IMG/VR virus record: IMGVR_UViG_3300028591_000142
Location: 1 to 64,000 of that record
Source of the DNA: a virus
Lineage: Duplodnaviria > Caudoviricetes
Strand: one strand, 5' to 3'
Length of the DNA stretch: 64,000 nt
This document shows, piece after piece, positions 10,039-19,435 of this stretch (within the stretch, counting starts at the first letter, position 1; the number at the start of each line of letters is the position of its first letter). The translations under genes were made by a program, and so were the position numbers. Below the pieces are notes generated by a model. The model saw nothing but the letters and a program-made list of their open reading frames with translations, was not told the DNA's origin and made no database searches.

Positions 10039-10358
10039 GCTATAATGCGATAGTATTTCAATTATTTTGAATACGCTTTTGCTGTTAGCGGAAGTAACAA
10101 CTTGAGAGGATGAGAGACGGCACCGAGATGGAAGCTGTGCATCCCGGATGGCAGGTCATCAGATTTTTGGAACACATTTTTCTTGAATTGTCAAGTTAAA
10201 TCTTAACAATTTTAAAATAATTTATCCAAAACTCTACCAACTCACCGTAGTTTCGCCATCTTACCACACGAGAAAGTAACGATTACGACTGGTAAGAAAG
10301 CGTTAATGCATCCCTCAGGACGCAGCGAAGGGAAAGCTACATAAATTAAGATTATAGC
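10039..10358 (+). ncRNA. retron msr/msd-like ncRNA, cassette 1 (type A), directly upstream of the RT
   Basis: a1/a2 gctataat (10039-46) / attatagc (10351-58); G at 10047; stem-loop cttttgct-gtt-agcggaag at 10076-94. Confidence 0.85.
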
Positions 10359-10383
10359 GTAAATATAAGGGAGGTTTTGTTAA

Positions 10384-11526
10384 ATGGTTTATTTAACTAC
10401 AAGACTTAATAAGCAAACCCACCAGATGTCGCTTGAAGAGTTGATGTTTGGTACAAGCACTCCGGTTCCTACCGGGTTTAATGTTCAGGGTACAAGCACG
10501 AGGACGGTTTGTGTAAATAGTATACCCGAAAAGTATCTTGAAAAGCTTAACAGACAGCTTTTAATCAGAACCTTGTATGATTTTAACCGTAAGTACAAGG
10601 ATTTAAGAGAGAAGCCAAGGAAAGAGCTGTATCGTGAGTTCCATATACCCAAAAAGAGCGGTGGTTTAAGAAAAATTGATGCTCCGGAACCGGAACTTAT
10701 GGACGCCCTACGTGAATTAAAAGATATATTTGAAAAAGAGTTCGGTGTATTATATCATACATCGGCTTTTGCTTATGTAAAGGGCAGATGTGCCGTAGAT
10801 GCCGTAAAAAAGCATCAGGCAAATGAGTCCAGATGGTTTGGAAAGTTTGATTTATCAAACTTCTTTGGCAGTACCACACTTGAATTTGTAATGAAAATGT
10901 TTTCTCAGGTTTTCCCGTTTTCTGAGATTGTTAAACTCGAGATGGGAAGAGAAGCGTTGGAAACGGCTCTTGAACTTGCATTTCTTGACGGTGGTTTACC
11001 GCAGGGAACTCCGATTTCGCCACTTATCACCAATGTAATGATGATTCCTGTTGATTATAAATTAACAAAAACATTAAGCGACTACGAAAAACAAAAATAT
11101 ATTTACACAAGGTATGCTGATGACTTTATAATCTCATCTAAATATGATTTTGACTTTAAAAAGATTGAGAGTTTGATAAAGTCCACTCTTGCAGAGTTTG
11201 ATGCGCCGTTTACCATTAAGTCCCAAAAGACAAGATATGGTTCTGCAAATGGTTCAAACTGGAATCTTGGAGTAATGCTTAATAAAGACGGGAAAATCAC
11301 CGTTGGTCATAAGAAAAAGCGTCAGTTTAAGGCAATGGTAACATCATATGTACTCGATAGGAAAAACGGTATGGAGTGGGAACGTACTGATGTTCAGGTT
11401 CTTGACGGGTATCGTAATTATTACAAGTCCGTAGAGGGTAATTGTATTGATGATATCGTTAAAAAAATCGGCGATAAGTTCGGTGTTGATGTCTTTGCAC
11501 TTTTAAAAGCCGACTTAAGGAAATAA
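10384..11526 (+). CDS. retron-type reverse transcriptase
   Basis: IPKKSGGLRKIDAP; region-X-like DAVKKH; KFDLSNFF; LPQGTPISP; YTRYADD; NLGV region-Y-like. Stand-alone 380 aa with no maturase or endonuclease domain. Confidence 0.92.
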   Translation: MVYLTTRLNKQTHQMSLEELMFGTSTPVPTGFNVQGTSTRTVCVNSIPEKYLEKLNRQLLIRTLYDFNRKYKDLREKPRKELYREFHIPKKSGGLRKIDAPEPELMDALRELKDIFEKEFGVLYHTSAFAYVKGRCAVDAVKKHQANESRWFGKFDLSNFFGSTTLEFVMKMFSQVFPFSEIVKLEMGREALETALELAFLDGGLPQGTPISPLITNVMMIPVDYKLTKTLSDYEKQKYIYTRYADDFIISSKYDFDFKKIESLIKSTLAEFDAPFTIKSQKTRYGSANGSNWNLGVMLNKDGKITVGHKKKRQFKAMVTSYVLDRKNGMEWERTDVQVLDGYRNYYKSVEGNCIDDIVKKIGDKFGVDVFALLKADLRK

Positions 11527-11535
11527 ATAATTAAT

Positions 11536-11841
11536 AATAAATAATAATGTAATTGTATTCAGGTTTTTTGAGTACGCTTTTGCTGTCAGCGAAAGTAGCA
11601 ATTTGATGAGACGAGATAGTACACACGGAGGACGCAACAAATCCAGATGAGAATCATTTAGATATAATTATTTACATTTAATTTTCTTACTTGGATTAAG
11701 AATACTCTTTTTCCCTGTATTATCAAGACTTTTTCGTCTGACTCTATATCGAATTTCTAATGTTACGAGTTAATCTACATCAACTTTATCTAAGTTATCC
11801 CGATTGGATTTAACGGGTTTCTTTTTTGATTATTATTTATT
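11536..11841 (+). ncRNA. retron-like ncRNA cassette 2 (type A)
   Basis: 13-bp IR aataaataataat (11536-48) / attattatttatt (11829-41); G at 11549; core cttttgctgtcagcgaaag at 11577-95. Confidence 0.82.
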
Positions 11842-11924
11842 CTTTAGTTAGAGATGGTATTTCTCTTTACAACAGAGGTCTCACAACCCTTGATATATAA
11901 GGGTTTTTAGAATGATTTACAACC

Positions 11925-12194
11925 TTGGTGGTTGTAAAAGTAATAAGAAAGGTTGTTATTATGGACGAAAATAACTGCGCAAATATTATTGTGTGTCTCA
12001 GAGATATTAACGGCAAGAGAACAAAACATAAATTTGATTATTTTACAGAAGCATATATGTATTTTTACCGCTGTATACAAAGAAAAGAAGAAGAGGAAGA
12101 AATACTATATGTTACAGTCGACGGTGCGTGCGTGTATTCGTCGATTACTGACGGGCTAATATTCTATGAAGACCTCATAGGATTTTTTGCATAA
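11925..12194 (+). CDS. hypothetical protein (start probably ATG 11961)
   Basis: ORF between cassettes 2 and 3. Confidence 0.6.
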   Translation: MVVVKVIRKVVIMDENNCANIIVCLRDINGKRTKHKFDYFTEAYMYFYRCIQRKEEEEEILYVTVDGACVYSSITDGLIFYEDLIGFFA

Positions 12195-12201
12195 TTAACT
12201 A

Positions 12202-12663
12202 ACCCATAATGCAGATTGGTTTTTAAACCGTGTGATGTTATCAGGAGTGCTTGTAGGGGCTTTATCCTACAGAACTATTGTGCAATATAGAATTAGATTT
12301 AGATTTAGTAATGAAGTACATACAACGGAGTGCACGTCCAAAGGTATGGGCACAACTCTTAATCATCACACAGTAGTGTTTATTAACTCCTTTTGCTGTT
12401 AGCGAATGGTTAGAAACGGTAGCTATGCTTAATTTTGAAGAACCGTCTTCGAAAGAGAGTTGGCGAAGTGCGCACTTTTTATTCTCAAGTTCCGAGTCGG
12501 CTTTTCGTGCTTTAAGCACTCAAGCCACTACGGAACATAAGAATAAGAAAGACGCGCAACTCGCCACACCTCTTCGAAGACCGTTCTTCCAAAATTAATC
12601 AATGCTTTCCGTAAAACGTCACCTTGAGGAACAACTCCCAAGGAACCGTTTTAGATTATGGGT
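12202..12663 (+). ncRNA. retron-like ncRNA cassette 3 (type B)
   Basis: IR acccataat / attatgggt; G at 12211; core cttttgctgttagcgaa at 12390-406; ~170-nt hairpin at 12429-12598. Confidence 0.88.
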
Positions 12664-12696
12664 AACAGGTAAACAATAAGGGGAGGCTTTATTACT

Positions 12697-14572
12697 ATGA
12701 CAAATAGAGAGATAGGAATAGCGGATTATTTATGTTGTTCCTGCAATGAAAGAGTTCCGGGTAAATCAGAATACGGACACGCGGTTTATTGTGCAAAGCG
12801 TATGGACGATACCGACGAAAGTTGTCCGATTATAAAAGCTGCCCTGGATAAGTACAGAGATAAAGCGGAATGCGATTATGACTGCGAAAATTGTGTACTT
12901 GTTTTTAGAGAAGGCGGCGATGACTTTTATGAGTATTGTGTAAAGACGGGGGTGCCATTTTAATTATGATGTTAGAACAAAGGGTTCAGTCAGCTATTGA
13001 GAAAATAACCGATATAACCGGTGTGGCTTTTGTGCTTTATGTCCCGAATGCCGGAGACACTAATTATTATTGGAATACTAAGAATTTGAATAGTTTAATT
13101 GATAAGGATTCAAGGAAAATAAAAAGTAGTTTATTAAATCAGTGTGGACGATTTAAGTGTATAACTATTGACAGTGCTAATGATTATACTTGTGATTCTT
13201 GTTCAAATGAAATGTATGAAAGGCTTTTGACTGGCTTATATATCGGCGCATCCAAGTTTCGCAATGATGTTGGCGATAGAATCACTGACATCGACTTTCT
13301 AATAGGGGATTGTGGGTTAGACCGAAATGAAATAGATGGTTTTTGTTGTATATTATTTGCGCTTGCGGCAATTAGTAAAGAAGAATATAACAAAGTGTGT
13401 CTGGGGGTGGACTTATTATGATATTAACAGATAAAGAATATAGCGTAATAAACAGAATTGCAGACGCCTGTAAAATGGACTGGTTTCTTATAGGTCAAGA
13501 CGAAATCCGTGGCGATTATGTATGCGACCTTGAATCTCAGACGGAAATGAGTTTAAGAGATGGAATATTACAGTTATGCGAGGGTATTGTGAGCGACCAA
13601 CACCTCATAGACTACTGTGATATCACACAGGAAGAAATAGATTTGTTCCATTGTGTTCTTGTAAACCTTGGTTTGGAAAATAACTTTGAACTCGGTGATA
13701 AAACAGTCGTTATATCACAACCAGTAATTAATATACAGAATATAGATTTCTTTGACGACCTCGAGTATGACTGCTGGAACTTATTTAAACAGTATCTCGG
13801 CGCCTTTGATATTCAAATCGTGCCGGAAGAAGACGGTGATTATGATGATATAGACTTTTCTATTGCAAAGGAAATTCAGGAAAAGGTTTTGGAAATCATA
13901 GAAAATGGTGGTATAAAACTTGAGTTTGATTAACATCGGGAGGAATGTAAATGACTAATCAAGAAGCATATACCCATATAAAATCAAGACTTAAAGAATA
14001 TATACAATGCACAGATGATAATATTGCTTTATATACGGCTCTTAAAGCACTGGAAAAGCAAATACCGCTTCATACACGACTCTTAAATCATTTGAAAAGC
14101 AGATACCAAAAAACCAAAAATAATATTAGGAGGAATAAGTGATATGAAGGACATAACTATTACAGTTTTCCCGTTTGTATCTCAGACGGGTAGTCTAAAG
14201 GTGCCAGATGAGCTAAAAACCAGAGAAGAAATCAAAGACTATATAGACGAACATTGGGATGAAATTGATTTCGAACCCCGTTACCAGGCTGATTTTGATT
14301 ACTCTGGTGCAGACTACGATTTTTATGATTGAGGTATTAATATGAAACAATGTAAATTTCTTGACAAAGAAAATCACGAAGTACACGGCGGCATCATAGA
14401 TGACGAAGGCAATATTATTTGCGGATGTTGCGGTGGTTTAATAGAAGCAGATGAGATAGGTGATGACGAAGATGCGACTCACCGTATCTTAGAGGTTTAT
14501 GATACTTGGGTAGACCTAAGCTCCGAGATTTGCGGAGATGATATTGATTTTGATTCCGGATACGGTTTCTAA
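12697..14572 (+). CDS. cluster of small hypothetical ORFs (12697-12963, ~12966-13421, ~13418-13933, 13951-14142, 14144-14332, 14342-14572)
   Basis: Co-oriented ORFs, several with clear RBSs; Cys-rich or acidic. Confidence 0.65.
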
Positions 14573-14576
14573 ACAA

Positions 14577-14913
14577 ATGCTTACAATGTAGATTGGTTAA
14601 TACATATTGGTTTTTTAACCACTCTTGTTGGTTAGCGAGAGTTCAACAATGGTAGCTATGCTAATTTCTAAAATTAGTCACTGCAATGAGCCAGTCCGAA
14701 TCCATTACTTGATTCGCCAACTACCAACTTACCGTGCTGACGCACGGTTGCCTTGGTAAGTTGGACGAAATCAAAGTAAAGATTCGAGACACGGCTCCAT
14801 TGCAGTATAATTTTGAAATTATCAATGCATAAGTAATTAATTACTCCCTGGATGGTAAGCCTCCTCCCCGAGGAGCTAACCATCCATCTGTAATTAAATT
14901 AGATTGTAAGTAT
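14577..14913 (+). ncRNA. retron-like ncRNA cassette 4 (type C)
   Basis: IR atgcttacaat / attgtaagtat; G at 14588; core actcttgttggttagcgagagt at 14621-42; hairpin at 14662-14821. Confidence 0.88.
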
Positions 14914-14914
14914 G

Positions 14915-15249
14915 CTCATAATGTAGATTGGTTAAATACATATTGGTTTTTTTAACCGCTCTTGTTGGTTAGCGAGAGTTCGACAATGGTAGCTATGCTT
15001 AATTGATTTCCGAAGCCCACTTTGCTCCGCACCCGTTACGCGACACGGTTCCATAGCCTGTACAATTTATTAGATAAATTGTACAGCATAGAAAACCGTG
15101 TCAGCGAAACTTGTTCGGAGCAAAAGGGCTCAGAAACAATTAATCAATGCCCGGTACTTAATTTATTACAGGCCGCCGGGCTGCCTAATTCCGTTCCACA
15201 GGAAACGGCAGCCCTCTCCGCCTTCACAATAAATTAATTAGATTATGAG
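14915..15249 (+). ncRNA. retron-like ncRNA cassette 5 (type C), in tandem with cassette 4
   Basis: IR ctcataat / attatgag; G at 14923; the 5' ~80 nt are nearly identical to cassette 4; different hairpin at 14999-15143. Confidence 0.88.
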
Positions 15250-15273
15250 ATAAAATAAAAGGGAGAGAGGTTT

Positions 15274-15702
15274 ATGAGAATCGACAGATACGATACCGAT
15301 ATTTCAACTCTTGATGACTTAATATCTTTATTAGTTGACAGATGTGTAGTTTTATTTTGTAACACCAGAGAAGAACGAAAAAGGGTTTTACTCACGCTAA
15401 CCCGATATGCTGGTGTATCACACCCGAGGATATTTCCGGGAGACTATGAAAACTACGAAAGACATACTTGTAATAACGAGCAAGCAGACGATATGGATTT
15501 TCCTTGCGTTCGCTTGCATCAAAGAAGGGAAGGAGATTCTCCTGACGCCAGAACGCCAACATATTACACCGTAAGTTGTTGTACCGGGAGGAGTGAGAAC
15601 TGGAGTCGTATTACTTATGACGAGGTGTATTTTCTCTTTGAACAAGACGCGCAAATAAATATACGAACAGAGGATGAATTATGTCAATTCTTATTTAGTT
15701 AA
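15274..15702 (+). CDS. hypothetical protein with C-terminal TEDELCQFL motif
   Basis: RBS; carries the shared C-terminal motif. Confidence 0.7.
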   Translation: MRIDRYDTDISTLDDLISLLVDRCVVLFCNTREERKRVLLTLTRYAGVSHPRIFPGDYENYERHTCNNEQADDMDFPCVRLHQRREGDSPDARTPTYYTVSCCTGRSENWSRITYDEVYFLFEQDAQINIRTEDELCQFLFS

Positions 15703-15918
15703 CAAGAATAAGTAAAACAAACAAATATGGATGGGTTTAAGGGAAATCTTACCCCATCTTCCAGTATGGTGTTGTCGACGCACCCTCGTTGAGTTTAGCT
15801 CTCGTTGTAGGTACGAGAAGCACGATACACCTCTCAATGCGATTCCTGACTTCCAAATTGTATTGATGTGTCCCAAAGCGTGGAAAAGCCTACTAATTTA
15901 AACCGGAGGTATTGCAAT

Positions 15919-16209
15919 ATGAACACGCTATTTCGTACGGGTGATTATATTAAAGGGGTTAATAATGGTTATAGTATCACAAACCAATATATGCGTTGTG
16001 CAATTGTTCTCAATGGTGATATTAAAAAAGATTATCACGTTATGATGTCAATCCGTGTGATTGACCACGATGATGAGCGTTATATTGGCGAGGAATTTAA
16101 GGTTGAGAATGATGATAATTTGTTTTGTTTGATAGACAACGCTTTATCAAGTGAAGATATTTGTTCAAATGAAGAACTTATTGATTTTATAAATAACTCC
16201 GTAACATAA
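15919..16209 (+). CDS. small protein of the FxxGDxI / SxxELxxF family
   Basis: RBS ggagg; FRTGDYIKG...SNEELIDFI. Confidence 0.7.
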   Translation: MNTLFRTGDYIKGVNNGYSITNQYMRCAIVLNGDIKKDYHVMMSIRVIDHDDERYIGEEFKVENDDNLFCLIDNALSSEDICSNEELIDFINNSVT

Positions 16210-16242
16210 AACCCATATTTCATAAAAATAAGGAGGTAGAAA

Positions 16243-16761
16243 ATGGCTGTAAGCGAAAAAGAGAAGACCATTCATATTATGGTCACAAGTCTTTGTAAGA
16301 GAAACTGTAGATACTGTTGTAATAAGCAGTATAACCTAAACGATATTCCCTATGTAACAGATGATGAGTTACGGAACGCACATACGATTCTTTTAACAGG
16401 CGGAGAGCCTTTTGCTTTTACCGACCCTTGTGAAATTGCAGCATATTATAAGTCTCGTTATCCAAACATTCGTAATGTATATGTGTATGGAAACGCAACA
16501 GAAATTGTTGAATATCTTTACAGACACATAGGCGCCACGTTTGCAGATATTGACGGAATTACCGTGTCAATAAAAAATGATTTAGATAAACGGGTATTTG
16601 GTAACATATTAAACGATAAAAGAATTAAAAACTTGCGTAGTAACTGGTTGTTTGTGTTTAATAAACTGATGCCGACAGAAACAGGCGATTTTAAAGTCAT
16701 AGCAAGAGAGTGGCAGGAATCTTTTATACCTGACAATAACTCAATATTCCGTAAAGCGTAG
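16243..16761 (+). CDS. radical SAM protein (short)
   Basis: CKRNCRYC (CxxxCxxC) and LLTGGEP. Confidence 0.85.
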   Translation: MAVSEKEKTIHIMVTSLCKRNCRYCCNKQYNLNDIPYVTDDELRNAHTILLTGGEPFAFTDPCEIAAYYKSRYPNIRNVYVYGNATEIVEYLYRHIGATFADIDGITVSIKNDLDKRVFGNILNDKRIKNLRSNWLFVFNKLMPTETGDFKVIAREWQESFIPDNNSIFRKA

Positions 16762-16775
16762 GAGGGGAAATCGAG

Positions 16776-17054
16776 TTGATAAAGTATAGACCACAAAGAG
16801 GAAGTCTTTCCGATGCAATGAAAGAATATCGAGAATTTTTCACAATTGATGAGATGTTTGATTATGTTGTTCGAAAATATGGGGACGGAATACTCTTTAC
16901 AAAAGCAGATTTGTCTATTGGTGAGGATTTAGGTGAAGATGAACGCATTGGTTGGACAAATTCACATCATATTTTAACAAATCGTAGTGGAGATAGGGAT
17001 TTTATTAAAATGTATGGGGTGCCTCAATGTGTAGGCTGGTGCTCTATAGATTAA
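16776..17054 (+). CDS. hypothetical protein
   Basis: RBS ggagggg with a TTG start. Confidence 0.65.
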   Translation: MIKYRPQRGSLSDAMKEYREFFTIDEMFDYVVRKYGDGILFTKADLSIGEDLGEDERIGWTNSHHILTNRSGDRDFIKMYGVPQCVGWCSID

Positions 17055-17057
17055 TTA

Positions 17058-17126
17058 TGCACATTCGTTCAACGGTAGGACACTCCCGGAAGGGGAGAAG
17101 AAACCAGTTCGACTCTGGTATGTGAG
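17058..17126 (+). ncRNA. tRNA-like element with a non-canonical anticodon loop
   Basis: D arm gttc-aacggta-ggac; arm ctccc-ggaag-gggag; T arm accag-ttcgact-ctggt; acceptor cacat/atgtg. Confidence 0.65.
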
Positions 17127-17191
17127 ACGGAGAGTCCACACGCTCAAAGTTAGGTAGGTTATTGTGTGGGAATAACCTACCGAAATCTATA

Positions 17192-17314
17192 TGGATAGTG
17201 GCGGAATAGGTAGACGCTTAGTACGTAAGGTGAAGATGAAGGTCGAACAGCGCTGGACTGACGAGTCCCTTACCGCAGTACCACCATACAAGGTGCAAAT
17301 CCTTGTCTATCCAA
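17192..17314 (+). ncRNA. tRNA-like element with a ~70-nt insert replacing the anticodon and variable arms
   Basis: Acceptor tggatag/ctatcca; Leu-type D loop tggcggaataggtagacgc; T arm caagg-tgcaaat-ccttg. Confidence 0.75.
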
Positions 17315-17530
17315 AACGGGTCTACGTCTTACGCTTCGTTGGATACATTAAGGGAACGAGCTGTGGCAAGCAGGCACTAACTGCTACAGTGAAGGTAATC
17401 AGGCTTCACTTTTAAATGAGAATTAAATGGTGCTGAACAAAGGATTAGCCTTTCGGGAACTTGCGGTTAACAACAGTTCTGTTTATGAGTTTCGATGCCA
17501 GTGTACAGGGTGTGCCAGCTCACAATATAC

Positions 17531-17619
17531 GCCCGAGTAGTTTAAGTAAAACAAACGGTGGATTTTTGCCCCCTTTGCCGCCGTAATACATATCAGTCCA
17601 AGTCTGGTCTCGGGTACCA
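17531..17619 (+). ncRNA. tRNA-like element with an expanded anticodon loop and encoded CCA
   Basis: Acceptor gcccgag/ctcgggt followed by A-CCA; D arm gttt-aagta-aaac; arm acggtgg-16nt-ccgccgt; T arm atcag-tccaagt-ctggt. Confidence 0.7.
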
Positions 17620-17935
17620 GATGGGTTGATAAACAACCCACATAAGCATCACCCCTCACTAAAAATATTATTCCCACCACCCGGTACTTTAGGTATTGTT
17701 GCACAAAACATACATAACAATGTGTAATTGGTTTTTGAAATAAGCAATGTTTCTACAATGATGCTTGAAGTGGAATCACGTGAAAGCCGGGGAACTCCAG
17801 GGAGACTCCCTGCTCGGTAGGTTGTGCTACCACTATTTCAGACGGGTAAAACCCATCCTTATGAGCAATCAATATTTGGGCTTTACAATAGTATTACTAT
17901 AGGCGACGGGTTCCGTCTTCCCTTCGCCGGTTTTT

Positions 17936-18317
17936 TTATTCATAATGCAGATTAGTTTTAAGCCGTGTAAAATGGTTAGGTGTCTTCCGTTTACCCTGTA
18001 TTCGGGGTAAAGCCTAACAAGATTACATATTAAAGTTTGAAACTCCTTTTGCTGTTAGCGAACGGTTAGAAACGGTAACTATGCTTAATTTTGAGAACCG
18101 TCTCCCTAAGAGGAACGGCGGACTACACTCCATCCTCATTCATAACCAAGTTGGCTTTTCGTGCTTTAAGCACTCAAGCCACTTGAGTATATGAATGAAG
18201 ATAGGAGTGTTTACCGCCGACTCCTCTATGGGAGACAGGTTCTTTCCAAAATTAATCAATGCTACTGTGAAATCATTCTCCTGGTTAGCCTTGACGAATG
18301 ATTCAGATTATGAATAA
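17936..18317 (+). ncRNA. retron-like ncRNA cassette 6 (type B)
   Basis: 11-bp IR ttattcataat / attatgaataa; G at 17947; core at 18046-62; hairpin at 18085-18255. Confidence 0.88.
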
Positions 18318-18328
18318 GGAGAGGAAAT

Positions 18329-18643
18329 ATGAATGAAACCCAGATTCTACAGTTTATAAAAAGATTTCAGCATCCATACACACTCGTGTTATTCACACGT
18401 GGGTGTTGTTATTGGTTTGCTACAATTCTGTTTGAAAGGTTTTATGACTATGGAGCAGAGATAATGTATGCTCCTATAGAAAATCACTTTGCAGTCAGGA
18501 TAAACAAGGAGATTTACGATATTACTGGTAATATTACAGAGTCTTCTATTTATACACAATGGGTAAGATGGTGCGATTTTGACGACGAACTTGAAAGAAA
18601 AAGAATCGAACGTGATTGTATCTTATTCTTACCATACGACTAA
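18329..18643 (+). CDS. hypothetical protein (GCCYWFA...H motif, possible papain/transglutaminase-like fold)
   Basis: RBS aaggagagg abuts the a2 arm of cassette 6. Confidence 0.7.
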   Translation: MNETQILQFIKRFQHPYTLVLFTRGCCYWFATILFERFYDYGAEIMYAPIENHFAVRINKEIYDITGNITESSIYTQWVRWCDFDDELERKRIERDCILFLPYD

Positions 18644-18652
18644 ATCATCAGA

Positions 18653-18974
18653 GCTATAATGTAATTGTATTCAGGTTTTTGAGTACGCTTTTGCTGTCAG
18701 CGAAAGTAACGATTTGATGAGTGGAGAAAGGCACACCCCCAGGACGAACGCCATCCGCGGGACGGTACTTCTCGAATCAAACTATCCCCAACACCGTCAG
18801 GAAAATCAGGTGTGTTAAGGAAAACAAGGCATACTTACGTAACAAAATGCCAGTTTCCAAGCAAGAAACAAGGGAAATAAGAGCTGCGGACTCATCAGAG
18901 GACATCGCCTCAAGTATCCTGCAGGCGACGTATTCCAGCTCCCGGAACAGCAATCACTCTATTAAGATTATAGC
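18653..18974 (+). ncRNA. retron-like ncRNA cassette 7 (type A)
   Basis: IR gctataat / attatagc; G at 18661; 5' region nearly identical to cassette 2 (taatgtaattgtattcaggtttttgagtacgcttttgctgtcagcgaaagta). Confidence 0.85.
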
Positions 18975-19000
18975 ACTAAAAGACTAAAGGAGGATTTTAA

Positions 19001-19435
19001 ATGTCAATGAGGTATTACGCCTTTGATGATTATGGTTTGGTTTTTAATATCAATCATATGAATTTACTCGCATCCGCTATATGTAATGATTTTTCTCAGG
19101 AAAAATGGGATAACGACCGTGATTATGTGTATGATTGCATAGACGAGGTACGTTCGTTATTTGAAATTGAATATGTGCCTGAGTTTTCTGGCGAGTGTTT
19201 CCCGCTAAATGATGATGGTACAAACAACTATAGCAATAGCGACATAATAACATATCTCGACGGGGATGAACTTTGGTATATGCCGTCTAACAGATATCCG
19301 GTATTATTTAAAGCGGCTTATAATTGTATGTCAGATTTAGTTTCTGAATTTAAGAAATGTTTTGTGGAATATTTACCACTTGATTTCGATTATAGAACTA
19401 ACATAAAACATATTATCGGAACTTATTATGGTTAA
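19001..19435 (+). CDS. hypothetical protein
   Basis: RBS aaggagg. Confidence 0.75.
   Translation: MSMRYYAFDDYGLVFNINHMNLLASAICNDFSQEKWDNDRDYVYDCIDEVRSLFEIEYVPEFSGECFPLNDDGTNNYSNSDIITYLDGDELWYMPSNRYPVLFKAAYNCMSDLVSEFKKCFVEYLPLDFDYRTNIKHIIGTYYG

Noticed and set aside
10384-11526. RT as part of a DGR or group II intron
   Set aside because: No TR/VR pair differing at adenines and no Avd-like gene seen; no maturase/En domain or domain V hairpin. The motifs and the a1/a2-flanked ncRNA fit a retron.
17255-17270. Hammerhead ribozyme (CTGACGA)
   Set aside because: No downstream GAAA core; the sequence forms a simple ggac/gtcc hairpin.
17710-17760. Eighth retron cassette (aatgtgtaattggtttttga resembles the cassette 5' ends)
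   Set aside because: No conserved ttagcg stem-loop or matching a2 arm was found; at most a remnant.
12262-18987. ORFs 12262-12519(-), 14674-14883(-), 15022-15237(+), 17191-17415(+), 17483-17704(-), 18721-18987(+)
   Set aside because: They overlap the structured ncRNA cassettes or tRNA mimics and lack convincing RBSs; likely spurious.
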